Positions 33,699 to 43,136 of a DNA stretch of 54,869 bases are shown in pieces. Under the pieces are notes generated by a model. That model was not told the origin of the DNA, made no database searches, and worked only from the letters and a program-made list of their open reading frames with translations. Within the stretch, counting starts at the first letter, position 1. The number at the start of each line of letters is the position of its first letter. Origin of the DNA: a virus (taxonomy: Duplodnaviria > Caudoviricetes); IMG/VR virus record IMGVR_UViG_3300021371_000021, positions 1 to 54,869 of that record. One strand, given 5' to 3'. Both the position numbers and the translations under genes were made by a program.

Positions 33699-36187
33699 TG
33701 GCTATTGAAAAAGGATTGTACGCCATGCCAGAGGGCATGGAAGAAGAAACAAGCGAGTTGGAGATTGAAATCGTCAACCCAGAGATGGTGACCTTAGACG
33801 ACGGCACAGTAGAGATTACGATTGTCCCCGACGCGATGGATACAGATATTGCTAATGCACCGTTCGATGCCAACCTTGCTGAGTACATGGATGATGGTCA
33901 GCTAACTGAGCTGTCGGCTGATCTAGTTGCTGCGGTAGATGATGACATAGGTTCACGACGTGATTGGGCTGAGACTTTTGTAAAAGGTCTTGAAGTCCTA
34001 GGGTTTAGTTACGAAGACAGGACTGAGCCGTGGGAAAACGCCTGTGGTGTATATAGTACAGTATTAGCAGAAGCAGCTATCCGATTCCAAGCGGAAGCAA
34101 TGAGCGAGACGTTCCCAGCAGCCGGTCCAGTGAAGACTAAAATTTTAGGAGAAATTAGTCGGGAAAAAGAAGATGCGGCCTTACGCGTCAAAACAGACAT
34201 GAATTACGAGCTTACAGATGTGATGGTCGAGTATCGCCCTGAACACGAACGTATGCTTTACAGCTTGGGACTCGCAGGATCAGCATTCAAGAAGGTCTAC
34301 TACGATCCTAACATTGGTCGTCAGATTGCTATCTACATCCCCGCAGAAGATATGGTTGTCCCCTACGGAGCCTCTACGTTAGAAGCAGCGGAGCGCGTTA
34401 CTCATATCATGCGTAAGACCAAGAACGAGATGGTCAAACTGCAAGCAGCAGGGTTCTACAGAAACGTAACATTAGGCGATCCGGTCGCATTCTCTACAGA
34501 TATTGAAGAAGCTAAGGCTGAACAAGCTGGAATGTCGGTAACATCGGATGATCGGTACGCTGTATACGAGATTCATGCTGATTTAGTGCTAGATGAAGTG
34601 GATGGAGAGGTTGTTGACGACGAAGATGACCTACAAGTAGCCAAACCTTACGTGGTTACCATCGAAACAGGCACAGGAACGGTGCTTGCAGTACGTCGAA
34701 ACTGGAACCCTGACGATTCTTTGACGCTCAAGCGTCAACATTTTGTTCATTATGTCTATGTTCCGGGCTTTGGCTTCTATGGTCTTGGTTTAATACACAT
34801 TATTGGTGGATATGCAAGGGCCGGAACGTCATTAATCCGTCAATTAGTTGACGCTGGTACACTTTCTAACCTACCGGGCGGTCTAAAATCGCGTGGAATG
34901 CGTGTCACAACGGGTGATACCCCCATTGGGCCGGGTGAATTTAGAGATGTAGACGTACCGAGTGGGTCAATACGGGATAATATCCTGCCATTACCCTATA
35001 AAGAGCCAAGTCAGACGTTACTTGCGCTATTAGACAAGATCACAGAGGAAGGTCGCCGTCTTGGAGCGATCTCTGACATGAACATCTCCGATATGAGCGC
35101 AAATGCGCCAGTTGGAACAACATTAGCTCTACTTGAGCGTACATTGAAGCCAATGGCAGCGGTACAATCTCGCGTCCATTACGCGATGAAGCAGGAATTT
35201 AAGCTTCTTAGAGCGATTATGGCTGAATATGCTCCATTAGAGTACGGTTATGAGCCTGATCGTGGTACTGCCCGCGCCCGCCAAGCGGACTACGCCACGG
35301 TGGAAGTAATTCCTGTCAGCGACCCCAATAGCAGCACGATGGCACAACGAGTTGTGCAGTATCAAACCGTGTTGCAGATGGCACAGGCCACCCCACAAAT
35401 CTACGATCTACCCCAGTTGCACCGTCAGATGATCGAAGTGCTAGGGATCAAGAACGCAGATAAGTTAGTACCTACTGACGACGATATGAAGCCAATAGAT
35501 CCAGTCAGCGAGAATATGAACGCCCTAGTAGGGTCTCCAATGAAAGCCTTTATGTTCCAAGACCATCAGGCACATATAACAACCCACCAAGCCTTTATGC
35601 AAGACCCCATGATTGCTCAAACCATAGGGCAGAATCCAATGGCTAACCAGATTATGGGTGAGCTACAGGCTCATATTGCAGAGCATACTGCTTTCTTATA
35701 TAGACAACAGATAGAGCAGAAGATAGGTGCTCCATTACCGGCTATAGATGAAGAGTTACCGAAAGAGCTAGAGAATCAAATTGCTCAACTACAATCAAAA
35801 GCAGCAATACAGCTTACGCAGACGCATGAACAACAAGCGGCACAGCAACAGGCACAGCAACAGGCACAAGACCCTGTGATTCAAATGAGACAGGAAGAGC
35901 TAAGGCTAGAAGCTGGCGAGCTACAGCGTAAAGCAGCTAAAGATGCGGGAGAGTTGGCGATAGACCAAGGGCGGCTAGAGCTTGATAGAGAAAAAGCAGA
36001 AGCCACAACAGTGCTAGAAGCAAACCGTATATCGTCGCAGAACGACCAAGCTCAAGCTAAGAACGATCAGGCGGAAGCTAAGATTATGGTTGATGCCACT
36101 AAAGCTGCTACTGAAGAACGACGAGACAGAGCTGAAGCCCAACGAGATAGAGATGAAGCGCTCCGTGATAACCGAGAGGATAGATAA
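33698..36187 (+). CDS. portal protein with a long C-terminal coiled-coil barrel
   Basis: Follows TerL; GSAFKKVYYD and FYGLGL motifs; Gln-rich C-terminus. Confidence 0.85.
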   Translation: MAIEKGLYAMPEGMEEETSELEIEIVNPEMVTLDDGTVEITIVPDAMDTDIANAPFDANLAEYMDDGQLTELSADLVAAVDDDIGSRRDWAETFVKGLEVLGFSYEDRTEPWENACGVYSTVLAEAAIRFQAEAMSETFPAAGPVKTKILGEISREKEDAALRVKTDMNYELTDVMVEYRPEHERMLYSLGLAGSAFKKVYYDPNIGRQIAIYIPAEDMVVPYGASTLEAAERVTHIMRKTKNEMVKLQAAGFYRNVTLGDPVAFSTDIEEAKAEQAGMSVTSDDRYAVYEIHADLVLDEVDGEVVDDEDDLQVAKPYVVTIETGTGTVLAVRRNWNPDDSLTLKRQHFVHYVYVPGFGFYGLGLIHIIGGYARAGTSLIRQLVDAGTLSNLPGGLKSRGMRVTTGDTPIGPGEFRDVDVPSGSIRDNILPLPYKEPSQTLLALLDKITEEGRRLGAISDMNISDMSANAPVGTTLALLERTLKPMAAVQSRVHYAMKQEFKLLRAIMAEYAPLEYGYEPDRGTARARQADYATVEVIPVSDPNSSTMAQRVVQYQTVLQMAQATPQIYDLPQLHRQMIEVLGIKNADKLVPTDDDMKPIDPVSENMNALVGSPMKAFMFQDHQAHITTHQAFMQDPMIAQTIGQNPMANQIMGELQAHIAEHTAFLYRQQIEQKIGAPLPAIDEELPKELENQIAQLQSKAAIQLTQTHEQQAAQQQAQQQAQDPVIQMRQEELRLEAGELQRKAAKDAGELAIDQGRLELDREKAEATTVLEANRISSQNDQAQAKNDQAEAKIMVDATKAATEERRDRAEAQRDRDEALRDNREDR

Positions 36188-36429
36188 TGGCTGCTAATGA
36201 TGACGAGGACGATCTTTTACTAGCTGATGGCTTTGATGCGGCCTTTATAGGGACAGGAGAGCGTTGTGGTCACCCGAACATTGCTGTCTATGACAGGGAT
36301 ATGTGTATAGACATACTGGCTAATGATATGCCATACGAAGAAGCAGTAGAGTATTTTGAGTTTAACGTTGCCGGTGCATGGGTAGGAGAACAGACCCCCA
36401 TCTTTGTTGATCTTAAAGAGGAGCGATAA
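36187..36429 (+). CDS. conserved phage hypothetical protein
   Basis: ADGFDAAFIG...EYFEFNVAGAWVGEQTPIF. Confidence 0.75.
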   Translation: MAANDDEDDLLLADGFDAAFIGTGERCGHPNIAVYDRDMCIDILANDMPYEEAVEYFEFNVAGAWVGEQTPIFVDLKEER

Positions 36430-36430
36430 T

Positions 36431-36598
36431 ATGAAGGGTGTTAAACATTACAAAAGAGATGGAACTGAATTTAAAGGTAATACACACAAGATGTCTGATG
36501 GCACTTTGCACAGTGGGAAAAACCATACTAAGGGCAGTGTGAAGTTATTTCACCTAAAAGACCTGTCTGCTACGGCAAAAAAGAAAGCTAAGAGGTAA
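36431..36598 (+). CDS. small basic His-rich protein
   Basis: SD gaggag; HKMSDGTLHSGKNH. Confidence 0.7.
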   Translation: MKGVKHYKRDGTEFKGNTHKMSDGTLHSGKNHTKGSVKLFHLKDLSATAKKKAKR

Positions 36599-36604
36599 CG
36601 GATA

Positions 36605-36802
36605 ATGGCTAAAACCGTCTTTGACGTGCTAACAGATAAACTTACAGACCATAAACGGTCTAGCGAAGAATTTGTACGGTCCGGTGCAGCTAAAGACTAC
36701 GCCGCGTATAAAGAAGTGTGTGGTGTGCTTCGGGGTCTGGACACCGCGCTACGTGAAATAAATGACCTCTCGCGTAACTATATGGAAGAAACCGATGACT
36801 GA
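36605..36802 (+). CDS. hypothetical protein (portal-GroES interval)
   Basis: SD gaggt; DYAAYKEVCG..RGL motif. Confidence 0.75.
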   Translation: MAKTVFDVLTDKLTDHKRSSEEFVRSGAAKDYAAYKEVCGVLRGLDTALREINDLSRNYMEETDD

Positions 36803-37202
36803 ACCAACAGCTCTTGAGAAGAAGCGACAAGAAAAGATAGACGAGATGAAAATATCCGAGGAAGACATGGATGCTTACATCCCTAAACCTGTAGGTTACC
36901 GGGTGCTTGTAGCACTCCCAAACGTAGAGGAGACGTACTCTAGCGGTATTATCAAAGCTGCTAAGACAGTGCACGAAGAGTACATTCTTTCTACTATTGG
37001 AGCTGTAGTGGATATGGGCGACGAGGCTTACAGCGATAAAGAACGATTCACAAACGGACCGTGGTGTAAGGTTGGGGACTATGTAATGTTCCGAGCTAAC
37101 ACTGGAACACGGTTTAAACTAGGCAACCAAGAGTATCGTCTGATGAACGATGATTCTATTGAAGCGGTTGTCGCCAATCCGAGAGCCATCACTCGTGCGT
37201 GA
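36795..37202 (+). CDS. groES: GroES-like co-chaperonin
   Basis: PVGYRVLV, SGII, KVGDYVMF and LMNDDSIEAVV motifs. Confidence 0.85.
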   Translation: MTEPTALEKKRQEKIDEMKISEEDMDAYIPKPVGYRVLVALPNVEETYSSGIIKAAKTVHEEYILSTIGAVVDMGDEAYSDKERFTNGPWCKVGDYVMFRANTGTRFKLGNQEYRLMNDDSIEAVVANPRAITRA

Positions 37203-37212
37203 GGAATAGACT

Positions 37213-38265
37213 ATGCCAATGCAACAAGTAGAGTATGAATTTCCAGACCCTGATAAAATTGACGCTGCTGCTGAAGTAGAAGTAGCCGAAGAGGAAACAA
37301 CTCCTGATGTAGAAGTAGAAGGGGCTGTAGGTCGAGAAGAGCTTCAGAAACCGGGTCAGAAGAAAAACGTAATAAAAGATGGTGAGGTTGAAGTTGAAGT
37401 AGTAGACGACACTCCACCTGCGGATCGCAATAGAAAGCCCTCAGATCCTCCTGAAGAGGTAACTAACGAGGAGTTGGAAAATTACTCTGAAAAGGTTAAG
37501 AAGCGCATACAGCACTTCAGTAAGGGCTATCACGATGAGCGGCGTGTAAAAGAACAGGCTCTACGTGAGAAAGAAGAAGCTATTGCTTATGCCAAAACAC
37601 TCGTAAAGGAAAATGAACGCCTTACGGGTACAGTTACTAAAAACCAGAGCGTAATGCTTGAGCAAGCTAAGCAAACGGTTGCGCAAGAATTAGCAGTAGC
37701 TAAAAAACAATATAAAGAAGCCTATGAGTCTGGAGACTCTGATGCTATTGTAGAGGCTCAAGAAGCTATTGCTACAGCTAAGATACGATCTGATAAAGTA
37801 GAAAGTTTTAAACCTCCTGCTTTACAACAAGAAGAAACTGCTGTACAAGTTCCTGAACAAACGGCTGAAACCCAAACAGTACGCGATAAACGTGCTGGAG
37901 AGTGGGCAGCAGAAAATACGTGGTTTGGCGAACAAACCCCCGATGGGTTAGAAATGACCGCATTTGCGCTAGGGATGGACGCTAGACTTAAAAAAGAGGG
38001 TATAGACCCTCAATCAGATGAATACTACGAGAAGATTGATTCTCGTATGCGTCAGGTCTTTCCTGACCAGTTTGACGAGAGTATCGAAGACGAACCAGAG
38101 GAACCAAAGAGGAAGCAAAGTAATGTGGTTGCCCCCGCTACGCGGAGCACAGCACCTAAGAAGGTGCGACTAACGCAAACACAGATAGCTTTAGCCAACA
38201 AACTAGGAGTATCTCTAGCTGATTACGCCCAACAGGTTGCTGAATTAATGAGGAAACAAGGCTGA
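37213..38265 (+). CDS. putative capsid scaffolding protein
   Basis: Acidic coiled-coil protein upstream of the capsid genes; C-terminal VRLTQTQIALANKLGV. Confidence 0.65.
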   Translation: MPMQQVEYEFPDPDKIDAAAEVEVAEEETTPDVEVEGAVGREELQKPGQKKNVIKDGEVEVEVVDDTPPADRNRKPSDPPEEVTNEELENYSEKVKKRIQHFSKGYHDERRVKEQALREKEEAIAYAKTLVKENERLTGTVTKNQSVMLEQAKQTVAQELAVAKKQYKEAYESGDSDAIVEAQEAIATAKIRSDKVESFKPPALQQEETAVQVPEQTAETQTVRDKRAGEWAAENTWFGEQTPDGLEMTAFALGMDARLKKEGIDPQSDEYYEKIDSRMRQVFPDQFDESIEDEPEEPKRKQSNVVAPATRSTAPKKVRLTQTQIALANKLGVSLADYAQQVAELMRKQG

Positions 38266-38723
38266 TGACTGATTCAAAAGGTACAAATAGAGTAGACCGC
38301 GAACTACAAACGCGAGAGAAGAAAACCCGACGGCAAGCATGGAAAAGGCCAGAGCTTTTACCTGACCCTATCCCGCAAGAAGGTTGGACCTTTCACTGGG
38401 TTCGTGTGAGTACTAATGGACAGGCCGATCCTACGAATGTTTCTTCAAAGTTACGAGAAGGTTGGGAGCCGTGCAAAGCCTCAGACCACCCTGAGATTCA
38501 GTTGGTGAGTATTGAGAATGATCGCTTTAAGGACAACGTCGTTATGGGCGGACTTATGCTTTGTAAAGCACCCAAGGAACTTGTTGAAGAACGTAACGCT
38601 TTCTATAAAGATACAAACGAAGCGCAAATACGTTCCGTAGACAACAACTTAATGCGGGAGTCAGACCCTAGAATGCCTATGTTTAATGAAAGGTCTTCTA
38701 AGGTTACTTTCGGTAAAGGATAA
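38265..38723 (+). CDS. conserved head-module hypothetical protein
   Basis: FHWVRV...KLREGWEP...GGLMLCK. Confidence 0.75.
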   Translation: MTDSKGTNRVDRELQTREKKTRRQAWKRPELLPDPIPQEGWTFHWVRVSTNGQADPTNVSSKLREGWEPCKASDHPEIQLVSIENDRFKDNVVMGGLMLCKAPKELVEERNAFYKDTNEAQIRSVDNNLMRESDPRMPMFNERSSKVTFGKG

Positions 38724-38738
38724 TCTTAGGAGATTAAA

Positions 38739-39344
38739 ATGGCTACTACAGCTACCCCCTATGGGCTACGGCCTATAAACGAGGTGAGCGGTACTCCCTA
38801 CGCGGGAGCCACTCGCAAGCTGCCTATAGCATCTGGTTACGGTACTAACATCTTTTACGGCTCTATTGTCGTAATTGCTGCTGACGGTACTATTCAACTG
38901 ATGACTGATATAGGCTCACAAGCAGATCAGTTCCCTGTCGGCACAGTCGGCGTGTTCATGGGCTGTTCTTATACAGATGCAACGCTTGGTTTTGTTAACC
39001 GTCAAATGTGGCCCGCTAGTCAAGTCGCTGCTGACGCACAAGCATTCATCGTAGATGACCCTAACGTAGCATTCCAGATGCAAGCTGATGGAGCGGTAGC
39101 GCAAGCTGCCCTTGGTCGAAATGCACCTTTAGCTAACGTACAATCGACAACTACTGGTAGTACTATTACTGGTAACTCGAATGTTGCGCTAGACGCTACA
39201 GTAGCATCTACTAGTGGTATTGCTCTTCGTATCGTTGACTTTGTTGACGCTCCGGGCAGTGCTGTTGGAGATGCTTTTACGGATGTGATTGTTAAGTTCA
39301 ACCCAATAGCGCATTCATACACTAACCCAACCGGTACGGCTTAA
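38739..39344 (+). CDS. putative capsid decoration/cement protein
   Basis: PYGLRP...GVFMGC...DDP; strong SD; immediately before the capsid gene. Confidence 0.6.
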   Translation: MATTATPYGLRPINEVSGTPYAGATRKLPIASGYGTNIFYGSIVVIAADGTIQLMTDIGSQADQFPVGTVGVFMGCSYTDATLGFVNRQMWPASQVAADAQAFIVDDPNVAFQMQADGAVAQAALGRNAPLANVQSTTTGSTITGNSNVALDATVASTSGIALRIVDFVDAPGSAVGDAFTDVIVKFNPIAHSYTNPTGTA

Positions 39345-39356
39345 GGAGACTGACTA

Positions 39357-40268
39357 ATGGCTATTTCACGAGCGCAACTCCTCAAGGAACTACTACCGGG
39401 TTTGAATGCCCTGTTTGGCCTTGAGTACGCACGATATGGTGAGGAGACTAAAGAAATCTTTGAAACAGAGACTTCTGACCGCTCCTTTGAAGAAGAAGTG
39501 AAGTTATCAGGTTTTGGTGCTGCCCCAGTTAAAACTGAAGGTGCTGCCATTTCTTACGATAACGCACAAGAGACCTACACAGCCCGATACGTCAATGAGA
39601 CGATTGCTATGGGTTTCTCACTAACCGAAGAGGCTATTGAGGACAACCTGTACGATTCGCTTTCAGCGCGTTATACAAAGGCACTAGCTAGAGCAATGGC
39701 TTACACCAAGCAAGTTAAAGGTGCGACTATTCTCAACACTGGTTTTGCTGGCGGACCCACTTATGGTGACGGCCAGACTTTGTTCTCAACGGCTCATCCA
39801 CTAGTTTCTGGTGGAACTAACGCAAACACTCCAGCGACTGGCGTTGACTTAAACGAGACTTCTTTGGAAGCAGCGGTTATTTCAATAGCAGCATGGACTG
39901 ATGAGCGTGGTCTTTTGATTGCAGCTAAACCTCGTAAGCTTGTTATCCCACCAGCGTTGCAATTCGTTGCTACACGTTTGATGGATACTGAGCTAAGAGT
40001 CGGCACTGCTGACAACGACATCAACGCAATCCGCAACAACGGTACAGTGCCAGAGGGTTATACAGTTAATAACTACCTCACTGACGGTAATGCGTGGTTC
40101 TTGATGACTGACGTTCCTAACGGATTGAAGCACTTCATCCGTACACCGATGACTACATCTATGGATGCGGACTTCGACACAGGGAACAGCCGATATAAGG
40201 CTCGTGAGCGATACAGCTTCGGCGTATCTGACCCACTGGGCGTTTACGGTTCACCGGGTGCTACATAA
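39357..40268 (+). CDS. major capsid protein (Mu gpT-like)
   Basis: MAISRAQLLKELLPGL...TEEAIED...PRKLVIPPAL...ERYSFG; SD aaggag; terminator follows. Confidence 0.9.
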   Translation: MAISRAQLLKELLPGLNALFGLEYARYGEETKEIFETETSDRSFEEEVKLSGFGAAPVKTEGAAISYDNAQETYTARYVNETIAMGFSLTEEAIEDNLYDSLSARYTKALARAMAYTKQVKGATILNTGFAGGPTYGDGQTLFSTAHPLVSGGTNANTPATGVDLNETSLEAAVISIAAWTDERGLLIAAKPRKLVIPPALQFVATRLMDTELRVGTADNDINAIRNNGTVPEGYTVNNYLTDGNAWFLMTDVPNGLKHFIRTPMTTSMDADFDTGNSRYKARERYSFGVSDPLGVYGSPGAT

Positions 40269-40286
40269 GCAACAGGTGATTAGATT

Positions 40287-40310
40287 AGGGAGCTTCGGCT
40301 CCCTTTTCTT
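40287..40310 (+). terminator. rho-independent terminator
   Basis: agggagc-ttcg-gctccct-tttctt. Confidence 0.9.
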
Positions 40311-40324
40311 TGTCTGAGTTTTAT

Positions 40325-40355
40325 TTGTACATATTATAAATAAGTGGTATATACT
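40325..40355 (+). promoter_or_regulatory. putative sigma70 promoter TTGTAC-17-TATATA (or TATACT)
   Basis: ttgtacatattataaataagtggtatatact, located after the terminator. Confidence 0.55.
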
Positions 40356-40361
40356 CTCTTA

Positions 40362-40440
40362 AATCGGGGCTAACCCGCGAACTCTGACCGTCCCCGACGG
40401 ACTACATGCAGACAGATTCGCTAAACTCGCATGTGAGGAC
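40362..40440 (+). ncRNA. structured RNA downstream of the capsid gene, probably the Mu-gpT-DE motif
   Basis: Three interleaved pairings, and a position just after a Mu gpT-like capsid gene. The family name is recalled from context, not from a covariance search. Confidence 0.55.
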
Positions 40441-40446
40441 TTTCAA

Positions 40447-41049
40447 ATGGCTAGAACAACTTTCTCTGGGCCGGTACGATCACTTAATGGTTTTGTTTCC
40501 GCTGGACCGGGTTCAGCTTCTTTAATAACTGCCAACAATACAACAACGGCTTTGTCTATATTCCCTACCCCTACAGTAGATGCTAATGGCAACCCTACTG
40601 GAGCAGTAACTCCGGGTAACGCGGGTGTAGTAAATGTCTATAACTCAAACAATGCCGCAGGTGCAGGACAACTTACACTTCCTGCGATTCTATCTGTTGC
40701 ACCTTCAAGCACTACTCCTGCAACTGATCCTACATCGCCTGACCAACAGAACCAGCTTGGCGCACAGATTGTGGTTATCAGTGCATTTGACTTAGCTAAT
40801 AACTTAGTTATCAAGCCTTCTGGAACGGATGTATTCACTGGCTATGCAACGTCTGTAGACGCTAACGGTTTGACTAAGACTTTCTTAGCTACACCTAACG
40901 ACACTACATTCACTTGGAATGGCGGTACTACTGGTGGTGACATAGATAGCATGATTACATGCACAGCCGTTTCTGCGGGAACATGGTATGTCCAAGCTGT
41001 TTGCTTCGGCGCTAGCGCGGGTGCAGGTGCTACTCCATTTAGTGCTTAA
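40447..41049 (+). CDS. putative virion structural protein
   Basis: MARTTFSGPVRSLNGF N-terminus; Thr/Gly/Ala-rich; ends ATPFSA. Confidence 0.65.
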   Translation: MARTTFSGPVRSLNGFVSAGPGSASLITANNTTTALSIFPTPTVDANGNPTGAVTPGNAGVVNVYNSNNAAGAGQLTLPAILSVAPSSTTPATDPTSPDQQNQLGAQIVVISAFDLANNLVIKPSGTDVFTGYATSVDANGLTKTFLATPNDTTFTWNGGTTGGDIDSMITCTAVSAGTWYVQAVCFGASAGAGATPFSA

Positions 41050-41071
41050 TATAAACTATAAGGAGTAAATC

Positions 41072-41491
41072 ATGGCTGATACGCTAACGACGCAAATCAT
41101 ACAGGATGGCGGTCGCACAGCTATTATTAGGGGTAATGTAGCGGTAGGTAATACTGACGTTGTTACTTCTGTACTAGTTGATGTGTCTAGCCTTTCAAAT
41201 GACCCTATAACGGGTCAAGCCTGTATAGCAGCTACTGTACAAGCGGCCACTTATGCAAGCAAAGGAGTGGCTGTCACCTTAGCATTTGATGCGACTACTG
41301 ATGTTCCTATCTTTACACTTCCAGCGGATTGGACAGAGCAGTATGACTTTACTGACTTTGGTATTCCTAACCCCGGAACTTTCGGAACAGCAGGTAATAC
41401 GGGTGATATTGTAGCGACTACAATAAGCCCAGCAGCGGGAGATTCGTACTCTTTTATTCTTACGGTGTCTAAAGTTTATGCCAGCGCCTAA
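41072..41491 (+). CDS. putative virion structural protein
   Basis: SD aaggag; beta-rich composition; DFTDFG..N...G.TGDI motif. Confidence 0.6.
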   Translation: MADTLTTQIIQDGGRTAIIRGNVAVGNTDVVTSVLVDVSSLSNDPITGQACIAATVQAATYASKGVAVTLAFDATTDVPIFTLPADWTEQYDFTDFGIPNPGTFGTAGNTGDIVATTISPAAGDSYSFILTVSKVYASA

Positions 41492-41774
41492 GAAAAAGGG
41501 GACTATGAAAGGCCACACCATTAAAGGTGGTCAGAAGCGTCCAACTAAGTCTGGTGCAGGTATGACTAAGAAGGGTGTGGCTAAATACCGTAGGGACAAC
41601 CCCGGCTCTAAACTTAAGACAGCCGTTACGGGTGAAGTGAAGAAGGGCAGCAAGGACGCAAAGCGGCGTAAGTCTTTCTGTGCGCGTTCTGCTGGTCAGA
41701 TGAAAAAATTTCCAAAAGCAGCTAAAGACCCTAACTCTAGGCTGCGTCAAGCCAGAAAACGGTGGAAGTGTTAG
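41478..41774 (+). CDS. small basic protein, DUF6321-like
   Basis: RRKSFCAR...DPNSR...RWKC. Confidence 0.7.
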   Translation: MPAPKKKGTMKGHTIKGGQKRPTKSGAGMTKKGVAKYRRDNPGSKLKTAVTGEVKKGSKDAKRRKSFCARSAGQMKKFPKAAKDPNSRLRQARKRWKC

Positions 41775-41815
41775 CGCTTATTAAGCTGATAAAGTTAAAT
41801 GGTAGGAGAATAGAC

Positions 41816-42229
41816 ATGCCGACAAAACCTAAACCAATACCACGGGAAAGAAAATCGGGTAAAGACTTTAAAATAGGTGAGGCTCCAAGTAGGTTTAAAA
41901 AAGGGCTTACTCCAAAAAGAAAAAAAGTTAGGGGGGAACGAAGATCGTCACCAACGCCACCATTGTCAGCACCAACACCGCTTAATAAAATAGAACGACC
42001 AGAAAAAAAGAAACGTAAAAAAACTTTTAAAGAAGCTAATGCGGACTTAAAAAAGAGACAAGAAGGGTTAAAAATAAGGAACATGGTTCGTGATGCTATG
42101 GGGAGTAAGTTAGATGACCCTAACACAAGAGTAGAAATAGATGGTAAAGAGGCTAAAGGTCTTAAAAAGGGTGGCAAAATTCGTGGCTACGGTTTAGCTC
42201 GTGGCGGCAAAGTTTGTAAGATGCGCTAA
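41816..42229 (+). CDS. Lys/Arg-rich protein
   Basis: SD aggag before ATG at 41816; ends LKKGGKIRGYGLARGGKVCKMR. Confidence 0.7.
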   Translation: MPTKPKPIPRERKSGKDFKIGEAPSRFKKGLTPKRKKVRGERRSSPTPPLSAPTPLNKIERPEKKKRKKTFKEANADLKKRQEGLKIRNMVRDAMGSKLDDPNTRVEIDGKEAKGLKKGGKIRGYGLARGGKVCKMR

Positions 42230-42807
42230 TGCCTAGTAAAACGAAGAAACAAGCAAATTTTATGGCAGCGGTAGCTAATAACCCTAAGTTTGCCAAGAAA
42301 GCTGGGGTTCCACAAAGTGTAGGTAAAGATTTTGCTAAAGCAGATAAAGGAAGAACCTTTAAGGAGGGTGGTATGCCGGGTATGATGAAAGATAAAAGAA
42401 CCATGCGTAATTTAGACGATGAGATGTATCGAATCCGCAACAGAACAGGCAGTAACACTGACGCAGAACGAAGGCGAATTAACCGAGAAAAGGATTTTGA
42501 AAAAAATCAAATGGCTGGCATGAACATGGGCGGCAAGGTTAAAGGGTACATGAAAGGCGGTAAAACGCAGGGATACAATGACCGACTAGACGAGTCTATG
42601 GGTGCTAGAAACGGTAAAAAATCTCAAGGCATGACCTCTCGCAGAAATGAAAGTAAAGGCATGGAAAAGTCTATGGGTAAAGGCGCATATTCTGGGGCTT
42701 CTACTATGATGAAAAAAGGCGGTAAGGTTGGTAAAAGTAAGAGCAGCGCTTCCAGCCGTGCTGACGGTATTGCTGTAAAAGGGCATACTAAAGGACGAAT
42801 GGTTTAA
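42229..42807 (+). CDS. Lys/Met/Gly-rich protein with repeated xxxGG motifs
   Basis: MPSKTKKQANFMAAVANNPKFAKK...RADGIAVKGHTKGRMV. Confidence 0.75.
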   Translation: MPSKTKKQANFMAAVANNPKFAKKAGVPQSVGKDFAKADKGRTFKEGGMPGMMKDKRTMRNLDDEMYRIRNRTGSNTDAERRRINREKDFEKNQMAGMNMGGKVKGYMKGGKTQGYNDRLDESMGARNGKKSQGMTSRRNESKGMEKSMGKGAYSGASTMMKKGGKVGKSKSSASSRADGIAVKGHTKGRMV

Positions 42808-42821
42808 TTGAGGAGAATATT

Positions 42822-42944
42822 ATGGGAATTGGATTATTTGGACAGCCAGATGGTAAAGATGAAGTTGTTGAAGAAGCTCCTAAAACAGCTCCTAAAAAAG
42901 CTGAAGAGCCTGTTGTAGAAGTAGAAGACGACTCAGAGGAGTAG
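42822..42944 (+). CDS. 40-aa acidic peptide (not in ORF track)
   Basis: SD gaggag; MGIGLFGQPDGKDEVVEE...DDSEE. Confidence 0.6.
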   Translation: MGIGLFGQPDGKDEVVEEAPKTAPKKAEEPVVEVEDDSEE

Positions 42945-42950
42945 TTCTCT

Positions 42951-43136
42951 ATGATGGCATGTAAAGGCATGGGTGCAATAAACCCAGCTAAACGTCCTAC
43001 TGCACTTAAAAAAGGCGGGTCTGTAAAGGATGCTTGTTATCGCAAGGTGAAGGCTCAGTATAAGGTCTTCCCTTCCGCGTATGCGTCAGGTGCTATTGCT
43101 AAGTGCAGGAAGAAGAAAGCCAGTGGCCGTTCGTAA
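42951..43136 (+). CDS. small basic protein
   Basis: SD gaggag; DACYRKVK...PSAYASGA. Confidence 0.7.
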   Translation: MMACKGMGAINPAKRPTALKKGGSVKDACYRKVKAQYKVFPSAYASGAIAKCRKKKASGRS

